Assembly (NCBI GenBank): GCA_048937405.1
Contig: JBHLNF010000001.1
Span: 816,785 to 880,784, forward strand
Source: Promethearchaeota archaeon
Lineage (GTDB): Archaea > Asgardarchaeota > Lokiarchaeia > Sigyniarchaeales > SOKP01
Length of the DNA stretch: 64,000 bases
Direction: 5' to 3'
A program made the position numbers and the translations under genes. Of the stretch, positions 39,871 through 49,810 are shown piece after piece (the stretch's first letter is position 1; each line of letters starts with the position of its first letter). The notes under the pieces were generated by a model that saw nothing but the letters and a program-made list of their open reading frames with translations, searched no databases and was not told the DNA's origin.

Positions 39871-41073
39871 ATGGTTAAAACAACTACAAAATATTTGGAT
39901 GAACAACTTGCTATTCTTAAAGAGGATGGAATTCCTGAAGATTTAATAAATCTAATAAGAGAAAGAGTAATCGATGAGGATTTAGAGGAAGAGCAACTTG
40001 AATATCTATTAAATAAGATCTATATTAATTTTAGTAATGCTCTTGTAGAAACTTCAGAACCAGTAGGAACAGTTGCTGCTCAATCTATTGGTGAACCTGG
40101 AACACAAATGACACTAAGAACTTTTCATTACGCAGGTGTAGAAGAATTCTCTGTCACTCAAGGGTTACCTCGTCTTATTGAAATTGTGGATGCTCGTCGT
40201 TTTCCTAGTACTCCTCAAATGACAATTTATTTAGAAAACCCATATAATGAAAGCGAAGTTAAAGCAATTGAAGTTCATAATCGAATAGAACAAATTCGTA
40301 TACAACAAATAACCCATGATGTTGATCTTGATTTTGTCAATTGGAATATAGTAATTAACTTAATCCCAGAAATTTGTAAGAAAAAAGGAATTGAAATTGA
40401 CGAAATTCCTGATATTTTAAAGCGCTATAAAAAAAAGGGAACAATTAAACGTGAAGGAAATTCGATAATTATTGATCCAGGAATAGAAGATCTGCAAAGT
40501 TTACAAAAATTAAGGGAAAAAATTCTTAAAAAAGTTGTAAAGGGTATTAGAGGTGTAAAAAGAGGATTATTGACTCCTTCTGACAATGGAAAAGAATGGA
40601 TAATAAAAACTGAAGGTACTAACATGCAAGGTGTAATACAAATTGAAGGAGTAGATGTTACAAGAACAACCTCAAACCATATTCATGAAATTGAAAAATT
40701 ATATGGTGTTGAAGCAGCACGACAAATGATAATAATAGAATCTCAAAAAGTACTTGAGCAACAAGGTTTAGATGTGGATTTAAGACATTTATTAATTTTG
40801 GCTGATTTAATGTGTTATTCTGGATCTATTCAATCTATTGGTAGACATGGAATATCAGGCTCAAAATCAAGTGTATTCGCTCGGGCGGCTTTTGAGGTCA
40901 CTGTGAATCAATTACTTGATGCTGGATTATATGGTGAAGAAGAACGATTACTTGGGATTCCAGAAAACGTTATAGTAGGACAGATTTCACCAATTGGTTC
41001 GGGACGTGTAAACGTAATGTTTGATCTGGATGCTAACCTAGATTTATTAAAAAAGAAAAAGAAAAAGACTTAG
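39871..41073 (+). CDS. rpoA2: DNA-directed RNA polymerase subunit A'' (Rpo1C)
   Basis: [39 protein letters not shown]. Confidence 0.98.
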   Translation: MVKTTTKYLDEQLAILKEDGIPEDLINLIRERVIDEDLEEEQLEYLLNKIYINFSNALVETSEPVGTVAAQSIGEPGTQMTLRTFHYAGVEEFSVTQGLPRLIEIVDARRFPSTPQMTIYLENPYNESEVKAIEVHNRIEQIRIQQITHDVDLDFVNWNIVINLIPEICKKKGIEIDEIPDILKRYKKKGTIKREGNSIIIDPGIEDLQSLQKLREKILKKVVKGIRGVKRGLLTPSDNGKEWIIKTEGTNMQGVIQIEGVDVTRTTSNHIHEIEKLYGVEAARQMIIIESQKVLEQQGLDVDLRHLLILADLMCYSGSIQSIGRHGISGSKSSVFARAAFEVTVNQLLDAGLYGEEERLLGIPENVIVGQISPIGSGRVNVMFDLDANLDLLKKKKKKT

Positions 41074-41179
41074 TTAATCAAAAACTTTTATTTATCAAAA
41101 AATAACATTAATAAGCTTTAAAAAAAAGTTAAAAAGTATTATATGTTTACTAATTATATAGATACTGATTGAAATTACT

Positions 41180-41554
41180 ATGGCAAAAAGAAAAACCAAA
41201 ACAGATACTACGAAACTTGATCTAAGCAGGAAAAAAACTAAGGAATTTGATATTGATACCAATATTAAAGTTGCTTATAAAACCGGTAAAATCTTATATG
41301 GAAAAAATCAAGTAATGAAAAACCTGTTTAGAGATAATCCTTTTAAAATGCTTATTATTAGTAATAATTGTCCAATAGAATTACTGAATCAAATAAATCA
41401 TTTTAATTCTCTCTTAAAAGATAAACTTTTTATCTATAAATATAATGGATCGAGTTGGGATTTAGGATTAGCTTGTGCCAAACCTTATATGATTTCTCTT
41501 ATTGGTGTAATTAATTTTGGAGATTCCGACTTAAAAGCATTAAAAACTAAATGA
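41180..41554 (+). CDS. rpl30e: 50S ribosomal protein L30e
   Basis: KTGKILYG...DLGLACAKPY...GDSD; operon position. Confidence 0.92.
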   Translation: MAKRKTKTDTTKLDLSRKKTKEFDIDTNIKVAYKTGKILYGKNQVMKNLFRDNPFKMLIISNNCPIELLNQINHFNSLLKDKLFIYKYNGSSWDLGLACAKPYMISLIGVINFGDSDLKALKTK

Positions 41555-41582
41555 TTTAAATTAGATTTAACTTGAGATCGGC

Positions 41583-42059
41583 ATGCTAAAGAAGAATATT
41601 AAAATTGATCGGGAATCAATGGAACTTATTTCCTTATTCAATAATATTTCAGGTGCTATAATCAAAGATTGTTTGATTTTTAAATCAAACGATAATGGAA
41701 CTGAAATTATTATTTTTCTAGTAAAGGAAGAGGATGTTGGGAAAGCTATAGGAAAAGCTGGTGAACATGTCAAAGATCTGAAATCAAAACTTAATAAAAA
41801 GATAGACGTCATTGCCTTTTCTGAGAATCTCAATAAATTTATCCAAAACATCTTGCAAACTTCTAAAAATTCTGTTATAGTTCAAAATATTGAAATAAAA
41901 GAAAGTAAAACCCAAAAAAAGACAGTGATTATAAGTGTACGACCCCAAGATCGTGGAAAAGCCATTGGAAAAGATGGTTCAATGATAAGAAAAATAAAAG
42001 AATTGGTTTTAAGACATTTTGAAGTGGATAATGTAATTATTAACACTAAGAATATCTGA
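41583..42059 (+). CDS. nusA: Archaeal NusA (two KH domains)
   Basis: Two GKAIGKxG KH motifs; follows L30e. Confidence 0.93.
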   Translation: MLKKNIKIDRESMELISLFNNISGAIIKDCLIFKSNDNGTEIIIFLVKEEDVGKAIGKAGEHVKDLKSKLNKKIDVIAFSENLNKFIQNILQTSKNSVIVQNIEIKESKTQKKTVIISVRPQDRGKAIGKDGSMIRKIKELVLRHFEVDNVIINTKNI

Positions 42060-42142
42060 TTGGCGTGCTTAAAAGTCATACTTATAATTTAATACTAATT
42101 TAATCATTAAATTACTCATTAGAGGACATTATTATTTCAAAA

Positions 42143-43381
42143 TTGAATCTATATGAGGAAAATGCTGCTATAAATCATATAAAATCATTAAGGTTTCCAC
42201 GTTATGCTGCAACTGAGGGAGAAACCAAAGCTATAAATTACATCCGAAAGCAACTAGATAAAGAAAATATTGAAATTAATATAGAATCTTTTGAATGGTC
42301 AAAATCATTTATTATTTTAAGAAAATTGATTTTTTTGTGGATATTCTTATTTATTTTGGGAAGTGAGATATTGTTGTTATTTCCTGATTTTTCATGGCTA
42401 ATTTTACCTCTTGATGGTTTGTTTTTTCTTGTTTTATTTTTAGTAGGTAAAAATTTATTTGATTATTCAAGGAATATATCCTTTGGAAAGAAGAAAGAGT
42501 CAAAAAATATTATAGCTATCATACGGGCTAAAAATTTATATCCCAAAAGACCTGTTATTATTTTTTCAGCTCATTATGATTCTGTTTCTAATAATTTTCC
42601 ACACAAGTTGACAAAAATATTGCTTCTTTCTGCAGTGTTTTTATTACTCTCATATATAATAATTAACTTAACCCTTTCAATTTGGTCTATTATTATTTTA
42701 TCAAATATAATTCAAATTGAATTTATTTATTTAGGAATAAGAATGATTTCCTTAATCATAGGAATCATATTGCTTGTAGAAATACTGATATCATTTTTTA
42801 TGAAATCTACCAATATATCTGTTGGAGCTATTGATAACGCATCTGGAATAGCAATTCTTATTGAATTAGCGAAATTAATCAAAAAAAATCCTCTCGAAAA
42901 AATCGATGTGGTCTTTTTATGGTGTGGAGCCGAGGAAATGGGACTTTGTGGTTCGAAAAGTTATTGCTCTAACCATTTTGAAGAATTAGATTATGATTAT
43001 AACTTGAATAAATCATTCAATATAAATATAGATATGGTTGGTACTTACATAGGATTAATTGATGAAACGGGGTTATTTAAAAAGAAGAAATTAAATAAAA
43101 ACTTAAATTATGTTTTAAAAGCATCTGACACGCACAAAAGAATCCCTTCTGAAAAATCAAAACTCTCTTTTGGAACTGGAAGCAGTCATTTAGTTTTTAA
43201 AACCATTACAAAAAAAGAGGACAAGAAAGGGTTCCAAGTAACTTGTTTTTTATCAAAAAAAGATTCAAAATATATACATTCCAAGAAGGATATTCCTGAG
43301 TTATGTTCTGCTGAAAACCTAAATGGATGTATTGATATTTGCTATAATGCTATAAGAAGTCTCGATTCGAGAGTAGAATAA
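42143..43381 (+). CDS. Membrane-anchored M28 family metallopeptidase
   Basis: SAHYDS, GAIDNASG, GAEEMG, NIDMVG, YIHS; four TM helices. Confidence 0.85.
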   Translation: MNLYEENAAINHIKSLRFPRYAATEGETKAINYIRKQLDKENIEINIESFEWSKSFIILRKLIFLWIFLFILGSEILLLFPDFSWLILPLDGLFFLVLFLVGKNLFDYSRNISFGKKKESKNIIAIIRAKNLYPKRPVIIFSAHYDSVSNNFPHKLTKILLLSAVFLLLSYIIINLTLSIWSIIILSNIIQIEFIYLGIRMISLIIGIILLVEILISFFMKSTNISVGAIDNASGIAILIELAKLIKKNPLEKIDVVFLWCGAEEMGLCGSKSYCSNHFEELDYDYNLNKSFNINIDMVGTYIGLIDETGLFKKKKLNKNLNYVLKASDTHKRIPSEKSKLSFGTGSSHLVFKTITKKEDKKGFQVTCFLSKKDSKYIHSKKDIPELCSAENLNGCIDICYNAIRSLDSRVE

Positions 43382-43482
43382 CTTATTTAAATTCTAGAAA
43401 AAATACTCTTTAACAATTTTACCTTATATACATAAATTTTAAGTTCTAGGAGATATTTTTACACATTATATTAAATATTATT

Positions 43483-43926
43483 TTGGTGACAAAAGAAGTG
43501 CCAAAAGGATTATACTCTGCAAGAAAACTTAAAGCAAATCGAAAAAAATATCGTTGGTCCAAAACAAAATACAAAAGAAGAAAACTCCAATTAAAGAAAA
43601 AGGTTGACCCTCTTGAGGGTTCTTGCCAAGCTCTTGGAATTGTACTTCAAAAGGTTGGACGAGAGAGTAAGCAACCAAATTCAGCAATTAGAAAATGTGT
43701 AAGGGTTCAGTTGAAAAAGAACGGAAAAGGTGTGACTGCCTTCCTTCCGGGAGATGGAGCTCTTAACTTCATCGAGGAACATGATCGAGTAATAGTCGAA
43801 GGAATCGGAGGCGCAAAAGGTAGAAGTATAGGTGACCTTCCTGGTGTAAGATATAAGGTTGTGAAAGTAAATGGTGTAAGTCTTGAAGCACTTTTATCTG
43901 GAAAAAAAGAGAAACCATTACGATAA
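43483..43926 (+). CDS. rps12: 30S ribosomal protein S12 (uS12)
   Basis: [25 protein letters not shown]. Confidence 0.97.
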   Translation: MVTKEVPKGLYSARKLKANRKKYRWSKTKYKRRKLQLKKKVDPLEGSCQALGIVLQKVGRESKQPNSAIRKCVRVQLKKNGKGVTAFLPGDGALNFIEEHDRVIVEGIGGAKGRSIGDLPGVRYKVVKVNGVSLEALLSGKKEKPLR

Positions 43927-43940
43927 AAAGGTTAATATAT

Positions 43941-44558
43941 ATGAGTAAAACAAAGAAGGAAATAAGACTCTTCAACAAATGGCCATTTGATGATATTCAA
44001 ATTAAAGATATAACACTTAAAAATTATATAAATTTAAAACCTATTATTATTCCTCATTCTGCTGGTAGACATGAGCACAAAAGATTTTGGAAAACTTCTA
44101 AAGTCTCTATAATTGAAAGATTCGCAAATAGATTACTATCTCCAGGATACATAGGGAGTAAAATTAAAGGTCATAAAAGTTCTTATAATTCAGGTAAAAA
44201 AAGTAAACTAATTAAGAGTATAAAAAATGCGTTTATCTTGATCGAATTACTAACCAATCAAAATCCTATTCAAATCCTAATAGATGCTATAGTTGCAACT
44301 GCACCTCGAGAAGAGACCACTAAAATTGCAATGGGAGGAATTAGTTATGCATCAGCTGTGGATATTGCTCCACAACGCAGAGTTGATCTTGCTATCAAAT
44401 ATCTCTCTCAAGCCATAAGTGCTAGGTCTCACTCAAATGAAAGGCAATTCGAAGAAAATTTAGCTCAAGAATTAATCTTAGCATCAAAAAATAGTCAAGA
44501 ATCAAGGGCGATAAAACGCAAAGATGAGATAGAGAGAATAGCTGTTTCTGCTAGATAA
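43941..44558 (+). CDS. rps7: 30S ribosomal protein S7 (uS7)
   Basis: NPIQILIDA...PREET...VDIAPQRRVD...ERIAVSAR. Confidence 0.97.
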   Translation: MSKTKKEIRLFNKWPFDDIQIKDITLKNYINLKPIIIPHSAGRHEHKRFWKTSKVSIIERFANRLLSPGYIGSKIKGHKSSYNSGKKSKLIKSIKNAFILIELLTNQNPIQILIDAIVATAPREETTKIAMGGISYASAVDIAPQRRVDLAIKYLSQAISARSHSNERQFEENLAQELILASKNSQESRAIKRKDEIERIAVSAR

Positions 44559-44611
44559 TAAAATAATTTTATGAAGTTATTTTATTCATATTAGAATAAG
44601 AAAAAAAAATT

Positions 44612-45283
44612 TTATTGTAAGGCACCACAAAATACGCAATATTTAGCTTCAGGTTTCGCAGGTGCTCCACATTGTTCACACGTATTTGTATAACCCTCAA
44701 CACTAAATTTAACATGAGTTGAAGAACCATGGATAACTTCAACTTCGCTTAAATTTGTTCCACATTTTACACAATATTTTGGGTTACCTTTTACTTTCAC
44801 ACCGCAAGAGGGACATTTCATAAGAATACTCGTTCCACATTCTTGACAGTAATCCCTATTTTTTTCGAATTTTCTTCCACATTTAGGACAATATTTTACT
44901 TCCCCAGCACCGTATTCTAATATTGTGGGTACAATCGATAGAATAAATAAAGTACCAACAGGTATTATAGGAATCCAAATCTCATCAATAGTAAACACCT
45001 CTCCAACAATTAAAGCTGCCATAACAATTACAGTTATCCAAAATATTGCCCAAATTCCAATTATACCAATCCTTTTCTTGTTTTCAGAGTTAAAATCTAT
45101 AATTGAAGCAGTAATAGCGATTACTAGAACAACTCCAATAGGAATTATTGGAATCCAAATCTCATCAGTAGTAAACACATCTCCAATAACTAAAGCTGCC
45201 ATAACAATTGAAACAATTCCAAAAATAACCCATAATCCTATTGTTCCTATACTTAATTTCCTCTTAAGTTCTTTAGATGGCAA
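44612..45283 (-). CDS. Membrane protein with duplicated 60-aa TM hairpin and three zinc ribbons
   Basis: VMAALxxGxVFTxDEIWIPIIP occurs twice; six CxxCG knuckles. Confidence 0.75.
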   Translation of the reverse strand: MPSKELKRKLSIGTIGLWVIFGIVSIVMAALVIGDVFTTDEIWIPIIPIGVVLVIAITASIIDFNSENKKRIGIIGIWAIFWITVIVMAALIVGEVFTIDEIWIPIIPVGTLFILSIVPTILEYGAGEVKYCPKCGRKFEKNRDYCQECGTSILMKCPSCGVKVKGNPKYCVKCGTNLSEVEVIHGSSTHVKFSVEGYTNTCEQCGAPAKPEAKYCVFCGALQ

Positions 45284-45420
45284 AAAATAACCTTTTAGTT
45301 TATAAAATTGTAAAAATTAATTTTTATAATGTTATATTTTCCTTTAGTATTAAATAAAATAGGAGTCTAATTTTTCAATTCTATTAAAATTAGGAATATA
45401 GAATTAAGGAAAAAAACTAA

Positions 45421-46902
45421 TTATTTTCTGAATGTATAATCTAAAACCGTGCCAATAATTACTAATATAAGGAAAGTACTAATAGAAACATTTTGAATCA
45501 AATACTCGCTAGGTGGGAGAATTCCAATGTAAAGTATTGTAAGAATGAATGAATATACTAGAAATGAAGTCCAAAGCGCCAATATTGTTGTTTTAACTGT
45601 TTTTTTTAAGGTAATACTAAGTATTAGTCCAATAGCAGCATAAATAAGAATTATAATTAAAGGGATTGGTACCCAATCAATTAGAGGTGGAGTTAGCCAA
45701 ACATACATAGTATATACTACTACAGGAAATATTAAGAAAAAGTTTACATAATACAACAAACGTCTCATTATCCTTTTTTCTTGATCTATTTTATACCATA
45801 AAACTCCAAAAGGAATAAATATGATCCAAGCATAAATTAAGAGTAATGCATCAAAAAAGGTAAATCCAACATTTATCAGATAATGTGTACCACTCCATGC
45901 AACGATCATTCCGTATCCTAAAATTTGTGTAAGCAAAATATGATATGTTGACTTTCCAATTAATGAAATCATCCGTGAAAATCTATTTTCCGAATATTGA
46001 GGTAATATAATCATTACCATTAGTACTAATACTGCTGAATAAGGGAATACTAAGAAATGATAATCTCCTCTGATTAATGGAATATCATTAATCATAAGAC
46101 GAAATCCAAAAAATTGGTAGTAAATGATATATGTCAAACTAATTGGGAATAAAATCCAAATAAATAAATTACGTCTTGAAAAAGGTTTAGGATTAAATGA
46201 AAACCAAAGCCCTAGACCAATTGCAGATAGATAGAATGGAAAACTTGTCATAAATATGCCAAGTAAATGAAATTCTTCCCAAGATGTAATTTCACCTATA
46301 AAAAAAAATACTATTAATTGAAGTACAATTTCAACAATAAAACATATGATTAATGTAAGGATTTGTTTCTTTGTAAAAGCCCAATAAACTAATGGAAAAA
46401 TTATAATAGATCCAAAAATTACAGGTATAAACCAATTTCCAGGACCCCAAAATGGTAAAATACCAGTAAATAATTGTATAAATCCATGATCCGGATAATA
46501 TTGTCCATGATACATTGCTGTAATATTAAATTGATAAAGAATTAGCCCTATTAATGTAGAGAAAGCATATAATACTAGAAAAGGAATAACATATCTTAAG
46601 ATTTTACTTTTAAAATAACTCCATGAGTATAATTCATTCAACTTAGCAAGTCCTTTCCTCTGAAAAGAAATACCCATATTAAATCCCATTATAACTAAAA
46701 ATACAGGAATTGATATGCGTTCCCATAATGTCACTCCAATCTCACTTTTAATCCCCCAATCTACTATATGATCAAAGATCACTAAAAAGATCATTACTGC
46801 CTTTAAAAAATCTATTTGGAAAAAATTTTTCCCTCTTTCTTCTAAAATTTCTGTATCTTTTTGAATTAAAACTAATTTAGTCAATGGTTTTCTTTTTGAC
46901 AT
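45421..46902 (-). CDS. Acyltransferase-3 family membrane protein
   Basis: IDFLKAVMIFLVIFDH, IPVFLVIMG, WFIPV, IGKSTYHILLTQ. Confidence 0.8.
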   Translation of the reverse strand: MSKRKPLTKLVLIQKDTEILEERGKNFFQIDFLKAVMIFLVIFDHIVDWGIKSEIGVTLWERISIPVFLVIMGFNMGISFQRKGLAKLNELYSWSYFKSKILRYVIPFLVLYAFSTLIGLILYQFNITAMYHGQYYPDHGFIQLFTGILPFWGPGNWFIPVIFGSIIIFPLVYWAFTKKQILTLIICFIVEIVLQLIVFFFIGEITSWEEFHLLGIFMTSFPFYLSAIGLGLWFSFNPKPFSRRNLFIWILFPISLTYIIYYQFFGFRLMINDIPLIRGDYHFLVFPYSAVLVLMVMIILPQYSENRFSRMISLIGKSTYHILLTQILGYGMIVAWSGTHYLINVGFTFFDALLLIYAWIIFIPFGVLWYKIDQEKRIMRRLLYYVNFFLIFPVVVYTMYVWLTPPLIDWVPIPLIIILIYAAIGLILSITLKKTVKTTILALWTSFLVYSFILTILYIGILPPSEYLIQNVSISTFLILVIIGTVLDYTFRK

Positions 46903-47214
46903 TGTTTCAGGTCAACCTTTAGTAAAAATTTAAAATTTATTTAATAAATTATTTGAAGCTTATTAAAATATAAAAAATATACAGTCCAATTTTTATAATT
47001 AGAAAATATGTAAAAATTAAATTACCATTTATATAATTTTTACAGGTTAAACTAATCTAAAGAGAAGATTAATCTTTTTAAAATATAGATTCATATCACC
47101 CACATATTATCTAAAATCATTTATAACTTAGAAAAAACCTAAATTTTTAAATAAAATTTGAACACATTATTTATTTAAGTAGATTAAAAAAAGAATATAG
47201 AGAATTATATAAAA

Positions 47215-49203
47215 TTGGGTGCCGACAAAAATCAATCACTTTTAGAAAAACAACTAAAGACATTAGGTCAAAAGATTAGAATTGACATATTAAAAAAATT
47301 AAAAAAAAAACAATCTCCAATATCATTTTCAAAGTTACAAAAAGAAGTTTTAGGTCATAATCTTTCATCCATAAATTTATCTTTTCATTTAAACACATTG
47401 AAGGAGAGTGAATTAATTCTAACTTCTGATGAAGGATACTCCATTTCACTTTTAGGCGAAAAAATAATTGAAAAGATTTTGTCTATTGAAGAAATCCTTA
47501 ATAAGCAAAAAAATGCACAAATGATTCGAACCTCGAAATATTCGAAAGAATTATTTGATACAAGTAAGATTGAGGAATATCTTGTAAACGAGGGAGATTT
47601 AGAGCGATATTTAGCTAAACAAATATCTCATGAAGTAGAAGAACGTCTTTCTAAAACAAATATAGAATATATGACGGCTCCTTTAATGCGTGAATTTATT
47701 AATGTTGTTTTACTTGAAAATGGATTAGAAGAGGTTAGACACAGATTAACTCGATTGGGAACGCCCCCATTTGAAGTATTTCGGCTATTTGAATCTAAAG
47801 AAAAAGAGTTTTCACCAGAAACCTTTATAAAAAGACTAGGATCTGATGTTTCTGAGCAATTTTTACTGTTAAATCTACTTTCTAAAAATTTAGCTGATTT
47901 ATATTTGTCTGGTGAAATTGCACTATTACATTTAAATTATTGGAGCTTAAGACCATTAAGTATTTATATTAATTCTAAAACTCTAATTGATTATTTTTCC
48001 AAAAAGAATTCAATAAATCTCAAAAATGATATTAGTAGGAGTAAAAAAAACAGATTAATTTCTCAATTTATTGATATTTTATATCTTTTGAAACATTTTT
48101 ATTCAGAAGATTTACTATTAGGAGAATTCAACAAATATTTTCTATCGTGTTTTGCTTCACCTAAAATAAAACAATCCCATTTCAATATATTAGCATCCCA
48201 ATTACTCCGATTCAATACTTTTCTTAATGATGGTAAATCCCATTTATCTTTAGGATTCAATAACAATGGAAAAATCCCTGAAAATATTTTTAATCTTTCT
48301 CGTGTTGATAAGGAATTTTACAATTCCATGGTGTTTCAAAGCAAAGATCGCATTATGCCCTTATTACTTTCAAATATATTTGATAATAATTTATTGGATC
48401 CACAAGATAGTCTTTTAAAAAATTATATTGCAGAAAAAAATAATGGAGATCTCTTTCTGTGCAATTCAAATAATGAAACATTGTTGAATTCCTCTATAAT
48501 TCAAATACCTGACACTTACAATAACATGATTATATTAGATAAAATTCTAATAAATTTACACAGAATATCTGAAGAAGCAAAACAAAATGATGATAAATTT
48601 TTAGAATTATTGGAAAACAAGTTGAATTCTGTATTTGAATTCTTTAAATATAAAGAAAAATTGGTAAGAAAAAAGTTATATCCTCTTAAACAGTGGATAT
48701 TCTTTGTTTCAGAAATTCTAAATGAACAATGCGAGGATCTACTAAGGAAATCCCTGAAATCTATCAGTTTTTTCGGATTAAATGAAGCCATCCTTAATCA
48801 TTGTGGAATCGAACTCGACAGGACAGAAAATAGTAAGAAATTCGCATTTAATATTTTATCATTAATGAAAGAATTAATTGAGGAAAAAAATGAATTGGAT
48901 GATAATAATTTTATTCTGAGTCAACCTCATTACGATTCATATCTAAAAGATACATGGTATAATGGTAATTTACAATTAAATAAAGAAAAAAACCAATATT
49001 CCTCAAAATTGATAAGGGGAGGAACAAATCTTTCTCTGAATAAAAAGATATCCCTCTTTAAAAAGTTTCAAAAAATTATCAATGGTGGTACATTGTTTAT
49101 AGAAAAAATTAATAGAGATGAATTATCAGTTGAGGAATTATTAAAAAATCTTTTTAAATCTGAAGTAAAGGTTATATCTATTAAGGATTGTTTTTTTGGA
49201 TAG
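47215..49203 (+). CDS. ArsR-like wHTH + ATP-cone + degenerate class III ribonucleotide reductase (NrdD-like, predicted inactive)
   Basis: RIDILKKL...LSFHLNTLKESELI HTH; IRTSKYSKELFDTSKI...TAPLMREFINVVL ATP-cone; TRLG.P, SISFFGLNEA, INGG NrdD motifs; no catalytic Cys and no RxxGY loop. Confidence 0.75.
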   Translation: MGADKNQSLLEKQLKTLGQKIRIDILKKLKKKQSPISFSKLQKEVLGHNLSSINLSFHLNTLKESELILTSDEGYSISLLGEKIIEKILSIEEILNKQKNAQMIRTSKYSKELFDTSKIEEYLVNEGDLERYLAKQISHEVEERLSKTNIEYMTAPLMREFINVVLLENGLEEVRHRLTRLGTPPFEVFRLFESKEKEFSPETFIKRLGSDVSEQFLLLNLLSKNLADLYLSGEIALLHLNYWSLRPLSIYINSKTLIDYFSKKNSINLKNDISRSKKNRLISQFIDILYLLKHFYSEDLLLGEFNKYFLSCFASPKIKQSHFNILASQLLRFNTFLNDGKSHLSLGFNNNGKIPENIFNLSRVDKEFYNSMVFQSKDRIMPLLLSNIFDNNLLDPQDSLLKNYIAEKNNGDLFLCNSNNETLLNSSIIQIPDTYNNMIILDKILINLHRISEEAKQNDDKFLELLENKLNSVFEFFKYKEKLVRKKLYPLKQWIFFVSEILNEQCEDLLRKSLKSISFFGLNEAILNHCGIELDRTENSKKFAFNILSLMKELIEEKNELDDNNFILSQPHYDSYLKDTWYNGNLQLNKEKNQYSSKLIRGGTNLSLNKKISLFKKFQKIINGGTLFIEKINRDELSVEELLKNLFKSEVKVISIKDCFFG

Positions 49204-49777
49204 TGAACTACACACAGCCTAAAAGCTGTGGCTTCCTACGAGTACACAACCGCTTCTAGTACGGGTTGGTCTGTATATCGTAGAAAACCATTCCATCGTG
49301 TCAGGAATGATTCCTCGTCCACAGAGGGTTTATGCGATAGGAATTCATAGTAATACTTAAAAGTTAAAAATTAAGTCATGATATTGAGTACTGAGTTGAG
49401 ATCTCGGTCTACATGAGTTCCACAGTCACATATAATATTTCTTTTGAAGAATAACCTTATTTTCAGTTTTTTGCTTTTACAACAGGCTTTTGTATTCTTG
49501 GACTCATCAATTCTTATTACTCTTTTACCTATTTTTTCAGCTTTATAGGTTAAGAATTCGACAATCCTAGATATAAAACCTGTACTGTGAATCAAATTGT
49601 CAAGGATTTTGTGTGTTTTATTCTTTTTAGTATCACCTATTTCTTTTTTTTAAAGTTAGGTTCATTTTAATATATTAGAGAACAATTAGTTTAAAAAAAG
49701 GAGTGTTTAATCATTTAATGATTTCTTATCTTATCCTCAAATCAATCTTTCCTTAAAGAGAGGGATTTTTTTGGATA
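49203..49777 (-). mobile_element. Internally deleted IS200/IS605 (IS1341-type) tnpB element (MITE-like remnant)
   Basis: Inverted homolog of 50872-52314 retaining left-end hairpin, ATGAACCTAAC start (49665), 3' tnpB fragment and right end GTTCAC. Confidence 0.85.
49371..49665 (-). pseudogene. tnpB: tnpB fragment (C-terminal RuvC/Zn-finger only)
   Basis: EFLTYKAEK...IDESKNTKACC...CDCG..DRDLNS is nearly identical to the intact copy; most of the gene is deleted and there is an early stop. Confidence 0.85.
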
Positions 49778-49810
49778 ATAAAATAAGAGATTTTTCAACT
49801 ATTTTTAGAA

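Noticed and set aside
25964-45290. ORFs 25964-26212, 30382-30573, 33927-34163, 39547-39801, 40425-40625, 41567-41851, 41882-42079, 43769-43978, 44925-45290
   Set aside because: All overlap stronger genes; the repeat in 44925-45290 just mirrors the real gene's internal duplication.
47215-49203. Functional anaerobic ribonucleotide reductase NrdD
   Set aside because: Catalytic Cys, Zn finger and glycyl-radical loop are absent.
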